64,000 nucleotides of DNA from Candidatus Latescibacterota bacterium (GTDB lineage Bacteria > Latescibacterota > UBA2968 > UBA8231). The DNA is taken from contig OZ241362.1 in NCBI GenBank assembly GCA_965200315.1, forward strand, positions 512,001 to 576,000. The letters run 5' to 3'. Shown here in pieces: positions 1-8,507 of the stretch. The notes under the pieces are model-generated. The model was not told the origin of the DNA, did no database searches, and was given only the letters and a program-made list of their open reading frames with translations. The first letter of the stretch is position 1. Every line of letters begins with the position of its first letter. The position numbers were made by a program, and so were the translations under genes.

Positions 1-1150
1 GGACATCGCCGGTAGTATCAACAGACGATGTACGCGACAGGCATCGATCAAGCTTCGGATGGGATTCAAGGGCCGGGTCAAAACGAATAAGCTCTTGCAA
101 CACGTCCCCCTGTCGCCCCGGCGATTCCGGTGAGAAGGCACGATCCCAATAGGGCAACGGAGTGTCCTCACCGTTGTGGTAGTCGCTGCAAAAGTGAACG
201 CCGAATAGGATATAGACCAGTGCGGCCCGCAGCTCGCGGACAGTGATGTGGGTTTCGCCGCGCAGGTGAACGGCTTGCAACATCTCAAATAAGCACTGTC
301 GAGCGCGATCCCGCTGATCTTGCGGGGCTATGCCGGGCAGCCCTTTGGGGCCAAACAGCCGCATGGCGCGGCGAACCTCACACCGGTCTTGGGCCGAACA
401 CGTCTCGCAAGGTTCCCAAATCTGGGGGGCCTTGTCTCTGCCGTAGAGGCTGTCTAGCAGATCTTCAAGAAAGCTAGTTTCAATGTTCGATTCGCTCGGC
501 ACAACACTTCCAACAAGCGACCGTTGGTTGAGGCTGATGAAGCGAATATGCGATTCGGGAGCGGATTCTTCGCCGTTGAGCAGGTCGCGGAGAGCCCGTG
601 TCAACGGCGTTTCACTCTCGACTCTCTCAATCCACTCCAAGAGACGCCCATCGTTGATCGCCAAAAGATGGACAATGTCCTCGTCGGGCGGGCCTTTTTG
701 GAACGGCTCCAAAAATTCATCCAAAAGCTCATCGGCGGAACGGCCCTGCCACGACGCCGACCCATCGAGATTCATGCGGACGATCAGATCATCCTCCATC
801 GGATGCTCCAAAATGCGCTCTTTGGAATCGTGGACGCCAAATCCGAGGCAACCGGCAAGGTGCTGAAGCAACGCGGTTTTCCCGTCGCCAGCGTTGCCGC
901 ACAGGATGACGAGCCGGATTTTTCGACACACAATGTCGCCATACAGTGCCTCTTCGATACGGGTTTTAACATAGGTTCGCGCGGCGAAGTCCGTGTCGAG
1001 GCCGCGTGTCTCGCTGTTTCCCCAGCGAGAGCCGGGGTAGGATTGCAGTAGGGATTGGAGCCAATCCACCTCGTTCTCGCTGCGAACGGGCGGTTCCGCA
1101 CGCTCACTCTCGTTGACAGCCGGGCCACAGCTAATATGGGTTACTTTCAT
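1..1150 (-). CDS. P-loop NTPase, MAD6/DndF-like defence-associated protein (3' end runs off window)
   Basis: Not in the ORF track. Manual translation from ATG 1150 is open to base 2: MKVTHISCGPAVNESERAEPPVRSENEVDWLQSLLQSYPGSRWGNSETRGLDTDFA...LVILCGNAGDGKT (Walker A)...LAINDGRLL...CETCSAQDRC...HITVRELRAALVYILFG. Confidence 0.8.
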   Translation of the reverse strand, partial: MKVTHISCGPAVNESERAEPPVRSENEVDWLQSLLQSYPGSRWGNSETRGLDTDFAARTYVKTRIEEALYGDIVCRKIRLVILCGNAGDGKTALLQHLAGCLGFGVHDSKERILEHPMEDDLIVRMNLDGSASWQGRSADELLDEFLEPFQKGPPDEDIVHLLAINDGRLLEWIERVESETPLTRALRDLLNGEESAPESHIRFISLNQRSLVGSVVPSESNIETSFLEDLLDSLYGRDKAPQIWEPCETCSAQDRCEVRRAMRLFGPKGLPGIAPQDQRDRARQCLFEMLQAVHLRGETHITVRELRAALVYILFGVHFCSDYHNGEDTPLPYWDRAFSPESPGRQGDVLQELIRFDPALESHPKLDRCLSRTSSVDTTGDV

Positions 1151-1195
1151 CCGTTGTCGCTTTCTATAAGCATTTGAGAAAATCCTAGCTTTCCC

Positions 1196-2206
1196 CTACC
1201 CCACGCGATACCTCTCCACGGCCTCCACGTCCAGCTCAACGCCCAGCCCGGGCGCGTCCGGCACGGCCACGAAGCCATCGACCGGCGTCAGCGCACCGCC
1301 GATTAGGTCGTTTTCGCGGGTGAAGTGCAGGCTGTCCGAGGGGATGGTGGCGTTGGGAATGGTCGCGTGGACGTGCGTGCCGTACGCGCCCGACACGCCC
1401 AACCCCAACCCCACGACCTGCAACCAGACCGGCATCCCGGCCGCCGCAGCCATGCCAGCGCAGAGCTGCGCTCGCTCGAGGTTGCCGCCCAGATTGAAGC
1501 AATCGGCCGCCTCGGCGCGGATCGCGCTCAGGACCATCTGCGGATCGCCCAAATGGGGCGCGAGCCGGATGCGGGTGTGGCGGCGAAAATCGCGGTACTG
1601 GTGCCAGCCCGGCAAGTACTGGAAGGGATCTTCAAACGCCTCGATGTTATACGGCTCCAATGCCTCGGCCAGCCGCAGGCTCGCGCTCAAATCGCCAAAA
1701 GTGAAATTCGGATCGACGATAATGCCGTAGTCCGGGCCAGCGGCTTTGGTCATCAGCTCGACGGTCTCAACGATGTTCCAAGGCCGCGCCTTGAGCTTGT
1801 GGGTCTTAAACCCCCGCTTGGCCCCTTCTTCGGCCATGGCCGCGAATTCGCGCGGCTCCAGCGGCGGCGACCACCAGCCCACCGGCACTCGGTCCCAGTG
1901 CTTGGCCCCCATCAGCTTCCACGCCGGCACCCCGAGGGCCTTGCCGACGATGTCGTATAAGGCCATGACCATCGCCCCGCCTTTGTCGCCCAAGTTGACC
2001 TGTATGGGATCGACCCCGAGCCACTCGGCCTCCAAGCTGGCCAATGAGCCGCCGCGCCCTCCTTCGCCCACTCCGTAGATCGCTTCGTCGGTATGCACCT
2101 TAATCAGGCTGATGGGCCGCTCTACGTAGTCTCCGGGACGACTCTTTTCGATGGAGGGAATGTGCGGCACTGCGGTGACAAACTCTTCGATCTGGGTGAT
2201 TTTCAT
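1196..2206 (-). CDS. Mandelate racemase/muconate lactonizing enzyme family (enolase superfamily)
   Basis: MALYDIVGKALGVPAWKLMG, KLK motif, DPN, EDP, PGLGVELD; start moved to ATG 2206 with GGAGGTG SD. Confidence 0.88.
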   Translation of the reverse strand: MKITQIEEFVTAVPHIPSIEKSRPGDYVERPISLIKVHTDEAIYGVGEGGRGGSLASLEAEWLGVDPIQVNLGDKGGAMVMALYDIVGKALGVPAWKLMGAKHWDRVPVGWWSPPLEPREFAAMAEEGAKRGFKTHKLKARPWNIVETVELMTKAAGPDYGIIVDPNFTFGDLSASLRLAEALEPYNIEAFEDPFQYLPGWHQYRDFRRHTRIRLAPHLGDPQMVLSAIRAEAADCFNLGGNLERAQLCAGMAAAAGMPVWLQVVGLGLGVSGAYGTHVHATIPNATIPSDSLHFTRENDLIGGALTPVDGFVAVPDAPGLGVELDVEAVERYRVG

Positions 2207-2208
2207 GG

Positions 2209-3388
2209 TTACACCTCCCTTAGCCAGTCCTCGGGGATGTCGATCCCAAACCCAGGGCCTTTGGGCAGCCCGAGCAGGCCGTTTTGTGGCACGTTGGTCC
2301 CCGGCGGAATTTTGTAGTGTCGCTGCCCCGATTTTGAAGGCGTCCCGATATAGCACTCAGCCAATGGCACCCCGGGGAGGGAGCCGACAAAAAATTCGAT
2401 CAGCGGGGCATTGGGCATGGCCGCTGTCCAGTGCTGGCCATACGGGTCGTTGCCCCCGGTGTGCAGGCACATCTGGACGCCTTGCGAATCGGCGTAGTGG
2501 GCCAGTTTCATGGCCTCGGTAAAGCCACCGATCCAGTAGATATCGGCTTGGATCAAATCGACGAGCCGCTCTTGAACGGCCCGCATGCCCGGATGGCGCG
2601 TGGACCAGTGTTCGCCATCGGCCAGCGTCTGCCAAGGTACGCGCTGGCGCAGGGCGCGGAGCCCGTCCCAGTCGTGGGGCATCAGCATTTCCTCCATCCA
2701 GCGCATCCGCTGCGGCTTGAGTGCCTCGCAGAGACGCACGGCAAAGTCGAGGTCAAAGGTCATCCAGCAATCGAGCATCAAGTCGGCATCCGGGCCGATT
2801 AACTCGCGGCACTTGGCCATCAGCTCAACCGTGCCGTCGATGCCGGCTTGGCCATCAACGGGTCCGTGCGGAGCTTGAATTTTTTGAAACCCAACTCCAA
2901 GTGCCAATCGACATCGTTGCCGGTGGCATAGACTTCCATCTGGGTGCACTGCGGGCCGCCGGCCAGCCGATAGACGGGCTGGTCGAGGGTTTTGCCCCAC
3001 AGATCCCACAGCGCCAAATCGACTCCAGCGACCGCCCGCGCCGTAAGCCCTTCGTTGCCAAAGGAGAGCGTCCCCCGCCACATGCGATCGTTGCACCGGT
3101 CAATGGCCCCCACCTCCTGCCCGACGACTAGGGGCGCTAGGCACTCGGCGATGATCGGCTGGGTGGCACGAGCCAGCCAAAGGTGCCGTCCTCGGCGATG
3201 GCCTTGACCCAGAGCACCCCGCCCGGCTTGGGCATCATTCGCTCTTCGGGCGCGAATTTATCCATGGGCGTGGCCTGCCGAGGAGCCCAAAGCCACGCCT
3301 GCTCGCGCAGCGGGCGCGTCCCCTCTTCACTCGGTGGTGGAGGCAATAATTCAAAAGTTTGGATAGCAGCTATTTTCTTGGCGCACAA
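2209..3388 (-). pseudogene. L-rhamnonate dehydratase-like enolase-superfamily gene, frameshifted twice
   Basis: Homologous segments in three successive ORFs (AEDGTFG | ARATQPIIAECLAP...VDLALWDLWGK...YATGNDVDW...FKKFKL | PHGPVDG...LMLDCWM...WMEE...DGEH...PGFG); breaks near 3172 and 2870. Confidence 0.8.
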
Positions 3389-3401
3389 ACTCCCCGTCCT
3401 C

Positions 3402-3825
3402 TCAGTCAAGCATTGGATAGCTCTTCACCTTGATCCGTTTGACCGCGGCAACCACAAAGTTCGCATCCTGTGCCGCCTGCCGTGCATCTTCTCCATGGTA
3501 CTCGTGTTCCACAATAAAACGCTGGGGCCCGAGCTTGCGCCAGCCATAGGGAAATCTCTTCGATTCGGTCTAGTTCCAGAGTATCTACGGATTCCCGCTT
3601 CTGCCGGAGTTGCTCGGAAAACACCGGGGCAACATCGTGTACTTTGGGATAATCTACGCCCAGCACTTTCAGGCCTCCCTTCAGGGCAAGCTCGACGACT
3701 TCCTGCGAGCGCCGCACAGCCAGATTGGAGTCGGCTTCTTGCAGGGCACCTTGTACATCGCGCAGGTAGATGCGTTCGCTTTCGGCGATAAGCTGCTTGC
3801 CGATCTCTTGGAGGCTATCTTTCAT
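3402..3825 (-). pseudogene. HEPN domain protein (MNT-HEPN toxin side), apparent 1-nt frameshift near 3513
   Basis: AVRRSQEVVELALKG...PKVHDV...RAPAFY; the typical C-terminal helix VEHEYHGEDARQAAQDANFVV lies in the shifted frame ending at TGA 3402. Confidence 0.72.
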
Positions 3826-4364
3826 AGTACCAACACCTCGTTCGGTTTCAGATCTGGTTTTAAGTACCAGTACCAGCTATTGTCGAGCCAGATTTTTCGG
3901 GCACCCAATTGCCGCAGTCTATCCTGTAATTTGTCTAAGCGATGGCGAAAAAAATGCCCTCGATCCAAGAGAATCCGCGCATCTTCAATCATGTCCAAGT
4001 AGAGCGGCAGGTTTTGGTCTGCCTCTTCTCGCGTGAGAATGACGACGCTGGGGGAAGGAAAAATGCGTTGCGCGACTAAGGCCGCCCAACAGGCTTGACG
4101 CCGCAGATGTCGCAAGATAGGCAGCAACAACTGGATCCGTTCGCGAAAAGCCGGAGGGGCTTTTTCCAGCACGAGCAACAAATCCACATCGCTTTCCGTT
4201 GTCGCGTTGCCGCGGGCTACAGACCCATAGAGGACAACGGAAAGGACCGCACTATCCAGAGCTTCTTGGACCGCGGCGACGAAGCAGTCAAGCAACGGCT
4301 TATAGGTTGAGTAGCCAAATTGGGCTGGTCGGTAGGTCTCGTCGTCGATGGGAATGGTTCTCAT
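3822..4364 (-). CDS. Minimal nucleotidyltransferase (MNT antitoxin)
   Basis: LYGSVARG...SDVDLL pol-beta motif; ATGA overlap with the HEPN gene. Confidence 0.88.
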   Translation of the reverse strand: MRTIPIDDETYRPAQFGYSTYKPLLDCFVAAVQEALDSAVLSVVLYGSVARGNATTESDVDLLLVLEKAPPAFRERIQLLLPILRHLRRQACWAALVAQRIFPSPSVVILTREEADQNLPLYLDMIEDARILLDRGHFFRHRLDKLQDRLRQLGARKIWLDNSWYWYLKPDLKPNEVLVL

Positions 4365-4373
4365 ATTTGCTTC

Positions 4374-5402
4374 TTACAGTTCGAGTTGGCAGCCTCGCTC
4401 AGCCGCCTCGTACGCCGCCTCGACAAAGCGCATAGCCTGCCAAGCATCGTCGCCGTTGGTGATAAAAGTACCCTGCCCCCGGCTGGCGGCGACAAAGTCG
4501 GCGATAAAACCCAATCCGGCCGCCCCACCGTACCCGGGGGCCTCGCCAACCGAGAGGTCGAATTGACGGTACTCGTCCTCGGTCCAGCCCTCGGCTTGGC
4601 TCTGGACGACGAGCCGATCGCCGCGTCCGTCCCAGTCTTGCATCACCCAAGTCGCATCCCCGGCAGTTCCCCTGAAACACAAGTAGATATCGCCGTAACG
4701 GCGCGGCAGGACATAGCCCGCGTGGAGGCTGCCGAGCGCACCGTTGTCCATGCGGAACGAAGCGGCGAGCACGTCCTCGACGTCGATGCCAGCACCGCTC
4801 AGGGTTGCCTTGTGCGCGCTGACGCCCTTGTACTCTAGGCCGCTGATATAGCGGATCAAATCGACCGTGTGGATCGCCAGCCAGTGCAGGATGCCCCCAC
4901 CCGCCTGTGCGCGGTCAAAGAGCCAGTGGTCTGGATTGCGCTGCTGGACGGTACTGGTGATCATCCGTCCCTCAATGGAGACGATGCGGCCCAAGACGCC
5001 GGCGGCGACAAGTTGACGCGCTTTGCTGGCAACCGGATGACAGCGGTTCAAAAAGGCCGTCGCCCACAAGACCTGCTTTGCGGCGGCGATTTCGTTGAGA
5101 CGAGCGATATCAGCGGCCGTGCGCGCGACCGGTTTCTCGGCAATGGTCGGTACACCAGCCTGCAAAAGCTGCGCGATGCGGTCTGGCGCTTGGTCGTTGC
5201 GCGTACATACGATGGCTAATCCCAGCTTTTCGGCCGCCAGTAGCGCGTTTAGATTGCCATACACCTGATCGACGTCAGCGCATTCTTCGGCCGCACAGAC
5301 GACCAAGCGACCCACTGCCTCGCAATGCTGTAGCGAAGTCAGCCATCCACGACTGTGGGGATTGTCCAGCCCAACGAGGGCAGCGCACACTTTATCCGTC
5401 AT
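4374..5402 (-). CDS. Gfo/Idh/MocA family oxidoreductase
   Basis: EKP motif, GGGILHWLAIHTVD, DVED. Confidence 0.88.
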   Translation of the reverse strand: MTDKVCAALVGLDNPHSRGWLTSLQHCEAVGRLVVCAAEECADVDQVYGNLNALLAAEKLGLAIVCTRNDQAPDRIAQLLQAGVPTIAEKPVARTAADIARLNEIAAAKQVLWATAFLNRCHPVASKARQLVAAGVLGRIVSIEGRMITSTVQQRNPDHWLFDRAQAGGGILHWLAIHTVDLIRYISGLEYKGVSAHKATLSGAGIDVEDVLAASFRMDNGALGSLHAGYVLPRRYGDIYLCFRGTAGDATWVMQDWDGRGDRLVVQSQAEGWTEDEYRQFDLSVGEAPGYGGAAGLGFIADFVAASRGQGTFITNGDDAWQAMRFVEAAYEAAERGCQLEL

Positions 5403-6378
5403 GGTAATCCACTACCTTTCCTTCCCGCGCCGAGCGGTAGATGTTTTCTAACAGCGCCACCGTGCGCCGCCCCTCGCGGCCATCCACCCGCAGGGCGGTC
5501 CCGTTCTCTAGGGCCGAGACCACGTCCTCGACAACGTTGGTCAGCGGATTGTCTATGGCCAGTAGCTTTTCTTCCAGCCCATCGCCAAAGACGCGCATCT
5601 CGCCCGACAGCACGGCGTCCAGCAGCACCCCCCCTTCGCTGCCGTGGACCTCGGCGCTAAAGTACGGGCTAGCCGGGAAGGTCGTCGTGCCCAAGATGCC
5701 CCCTTTGGCCCCGCTTTCAAAATTCAAGATGGCTTGGCCAATATCCTCGGTTTCAATGTCGTGGTTCATTATGGCGGTCTCGCCATAGACAGTCTTGGGC
5801 ACACCCATGAACCACAGCAGGAGATCGATCAGGTGCGACCCCTGGTTGGCCAGCGAGCCACCGCCATCCATGGCCCAAGTGCCGCGCCAGCCGCCGCCGT
5901 GTTCAAAGTACTCCTGTGGGCGAAACCACTTAAAGCGCACCTCGCCGAGAATGGGCTTGCCCAACAGGCCCTGTTTAAGGGCTTCGGCAACGCGGTAATT
6001 GTTGGCGACGTAGCGGCTTTGGTAATCGACGCCGAGCAAGAGGCCGCCCGCGTCGGCTGCGGCGATTAATTCGTCGCAGGCTTGGGTGCTGACATCCATG
6101 GGCTTGGTGGTAATTACGTGCTTGCCGGCTCTGAGCACCTCAACGCCTATGGTTGCGTGCAGCCCGCTCGGGGTCATCACCAGCACGACGTCCACATCGC
6201 TCCGCCCCAAGGCGTCTTCGAGGGCCGTACACCACGCACAACCCATTTCCTCGCCTACTTGGCGGGCCAAGCCCTCGTTGAGATCGACGACCACGCGCAG
6301 TTCGGCCCCGGCGGTCTCAGCCACTTGCCGGGCGCGATTGCGGCCCATGCCCAGCCCTACAACAGCAAATCCGATCAT
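5392..6378 (-). CDS. Gfo/Idh/MocA family oxidoreductase
   Basis: VVGLGMG, GKHVITTKP, WRGTWAMDGGGSLANQGSHLID. Confidence 0.9.
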   Translation of the reverse strand: MIGFAVVGLGMGRNRARQVAETAGAELRVVVDLNEGLARQVGEEMGCAWCTALEDALGRSDVDVVLVMTPSGLHATIGVEVLRAGKHVITTKPMDVSTQACDELIAAADAGGLLLGVDYQSRYVANNYRVAEALKQGLLGKPILGEVRFKWFRPQEYFEHGGGWRGTWAMDGGGSLANQGSHLIDLLLWFMGVPKTVYGETAIMNHDIETEDIGQAILNFESGAKGGILGTTTFPASPYFSAEVHGSEGGVLLDAVLSGEMRVFGDGLEEKLLAIDNPLTNVVEDVVSALENGTALRVDGREGRRTVALLENIYRSAREGKVVDYHDG

Positions 6379-6392
6379 TTTGCTAGCTCCTT

Positions 6393-7049
6393 TTATATAG
6401 CCAATTCATTAAGGCGTCTATCTGTCAGCCTCTCAAGGCGTTTGGCCTGAGTTAGAAGTGTTTGGCGCAATCCCAACGAAACGTTCCGCTCGCTTATGAG
6501 CCTAGCCAAGCTGGCGATCGTACTGGCCCTTCTTGCTATTCTAATATCTGGATGTTGCTCCCTAGCGTAGATGTGCGCTGGTATTATCTTGGCTCGGTAC
6601 GATTTGGGTAGCTCAATTGGTTCCGTCGGCCGTATATCTTCCTCATTGAGAATCGCACCAATAGCAGATTTCTGCAGGAGCTTCTGGAACACGGTGTATT
6701 CCGCCCTGTCCATGAGGAGTTTGGCCATCCTCTTCTTTTCTGTCGTCTTTAGCGAAATATCAAAGAAGGGCCAAACTTCTACTTGTGCTACTTCTACAGG
6801 ATCGAGGACGAATTTAGCTACCGCATCACTCCTTCTCCCCGTAAGATGGCGACCAACCCGTTCTCGGATCCGTTCAACGGTCTGCCCCACATAAATGGGC
6901 TCATCCTCATAGTCGTAGAATGCGTAGATGCCACAAAGGGCATTGCCAATTTTGCGTCCTTGCGGGTCTTCGATGTCGTAAAATTTCTTTATCTCTTTTT
7001 GAATGTCCCTGACATCTTGTGGAGACGATTGCTTGATTTTTTGAGCCAT
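6393..7049 (-). CDS. GIY-YIG nuclease, putative restriction endonuclease
   Basis: GIYAFYD...IYVGQT...RVGRH, Glu (RAEY) and ILNE; TAATG-coupled to the methyltransferase; lower GC than neighbours. Confidence 0.78.
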   Translation of the reverse strand: MAQKIKQSSPQDVRDIQKEIKKFYDIEDPQGRKIGNALCGIYAFYDYEDEPIYVGQTVERIRERVGRHLTGRRSDAVAKFVLDPVEVAQVEVWPFFDISLKTTEKKRMAKLLMDRAEYTVFQKLLQKSAIGAILNEEDIRPTEPIELPKSYRAKIIPAHIYAREQHPDIRIARRASTIASLARLISERNVSLGLRQTLLTQAKRLERLTDRRLNELAI

Positions 7050-8185
7050 TATACCTCTACCTTGTTCAACTCATCAACAACCGGATTGAGATAATATCGG
7101 GCTATCCACTCAATGGCTGATACGCATACGGCGTCACCAAAACCAAATAGAGCCCTGTTCCGCGGTAGGTCTGGACGGAGCGTAAATTCATCTGCTCCCA
7201 TCAGGCGGGCACATTCCCGCGGCGTAAGCAGACGGACTGCATACTTTCCGTTGCCTCCTCGAAAAAGAATCTGCCGGCCACTGCCACCCCGCGGCGTTCT
7301 CAAACATCCGGCGATACCATCGGTGCGCAGTTCGGCCATGGACCGCTTGTTCCTCACTCGGCGAAAGACCGTACCATAGGAATACTTTCTGCCAGCGATC
7401 ATTTTTTCGGCAATCGCCCGGTGCCGTTCGCTCATCTGGTTCAGCAGGTATTCTGACCGTTCCTTGTTCCACCATTCCTCGACATCGTCTGGCAAGTCTT
7501 CGAGCACGTCTTCGAGTGTTTGGTTGTTACCGGTAATTTCTGGGAGCTTCCTAATATGCCATGCCAGTTCAGGATGTGTAGCCATAAAATGGGCGAGGGC
7601 TTTAGGCCGAATTTGGCTTTCTATGAGTGCCTGTTCGAGCGGTACAGGACCCTTTTGTTCTCCCTCGACGCCCACCACAAAGAGCCTTTGCCGACTTTGC
7701 GGAACAAACCACGCCGCATTAAGGATAAAGGCATCCACCTGATAGTCTAGATCGTTCAGGGCATGTAATGCACAGCACAAGTCATCGCCTTTGTGGGAGG
7801 TCAAGAAGCCGGTGACATTTTCTAAAAGAACGATTGCGGGCCGTCGGTCGTCCATTTCTTCTAAAACCCGCACAAATCCCCAAAAGGCAGAGGACGATTT
7901 ACCGTTTAGTCCACGTCTGGCCCCGGCAATAGAGAGATCATTGCATGGAAAAGAGGCCGTAGCAAGAGTAACTGACGGCAGCCAAGCCCCTTCTACGTTG
8001 TGGATATCTCCTACGATGAAATGCTCGTCGGCATCCGCGAAGTGGGCCTTGTACATCGCATACTTTTCCTCAGCGATATCATTGGCCCAAGATATGTTCC
8101 ACCCTTGGCGTTCAAGGCCCATTCTCATCAGACCGATACCGGCAAAGAACTCGGCAAACGTTTTTTTTATAGTGATCTCGATCAC
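7049..8185 (-). CDS. DNA (cytosine-5)-methyltransferase
   Basis: Motif I FFAGIG, IV SFPCNDLS, VI LENV, VIII PQSRQR, IX RLLTPRECARLMG, X GDAV. Confidence 0.95.
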   Translation of the reverse strand: MIEITIKKTFAEFFAGIGLMRMGLERQGWNISWANDIAEEKYAMYKAHFADADEHFIVGDIHNVEGAWLPSVTLATASFPCNDLSIAGARRGLNGKSSSAFWGFVRVLEEMDDRRPAIVLLENVTGFLTSHKGDDLCCALHALNDLDYQVDAFILNAAWFVPQSRQRLFVVGVEGEQKGPVPLEQALIESQIRPKALAHFMATHPELAWHIRKLPEITGNNQTLEDVLEDLPDDVEEWWNKERSEYLLNQMSERHRAIAEKMIAGRKYSYGTVFRRVRNKRSMAELRTDGIAGCLRTPRGGSGRQILFRGGNGKYAVRLLTPRECARLMGADEFTLRPDLPRNRALFGFGDAVCVSAIEWIARYYLNPVVDELNKVEV

Positions 8186-8220
8186 TCCTTACTTCCGTAC
8201 CTACGAAGCGAAATTCTTTA

Positions 8221-8373
8221 GAAGCCGTCTGAAAACGCCAAGTTCGGCTCCTCAAACGGCTCCAAGACCCTTGGATCGAGGGCGTCTCGCCCTCGCAAAA
8301 CGCTTAACGCCACGGCCACGGGCCAGCTCACACCAAGCACCAAGCAATCCAATGGGAGTTTTCAGACCGCCTC
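8221..8373. mobile_element. 153-bp MITE (non-autonomous, IS5/IS1182-like ends)
   Basis: Left end GAAGCCGTCTGAAAAC vs reverse complement of right end GAGGCGGTCTGAAAAC (14/16); TTA on both flanks (8218-8220, 8374-8376); no transposase. Confidence 0.72.
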
Positions 8374-8507
8374 TTAGGCAGCCGCACGGCTTAGCTGCGA
8401 CATTCACAAAGAGATTGGCAATTCTAGGTTTCACGATAAAAGCCTTCTCTTTGTCATAATAGTACATACCAAAATCAACCCGGGCGGTTGTGCTACCTTG
8501 TCGCCCG

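Noticed and set aside
483-1128. Track ORFs 483-866(+), 524-1051(+), 784-1128(-)
   Set aside because: Shadow frames of the real minus-strand NTPase starting at 1150.
2209-3825. Programmed frameshifting to explain the broken genes
   Set aside because: Residues appear to be missing at the dehydratase breaks and no slippery site plus stimulatory structure was seen; decay or sequence error is simpler.
8224-8233. Exact Neisseria DNA uptake sequence GCCGTCTGAA
   Set aside because: Only one copy noticed, it forms part of the MITE terminal repeat, and nothing else suggests Neisseriaceae.
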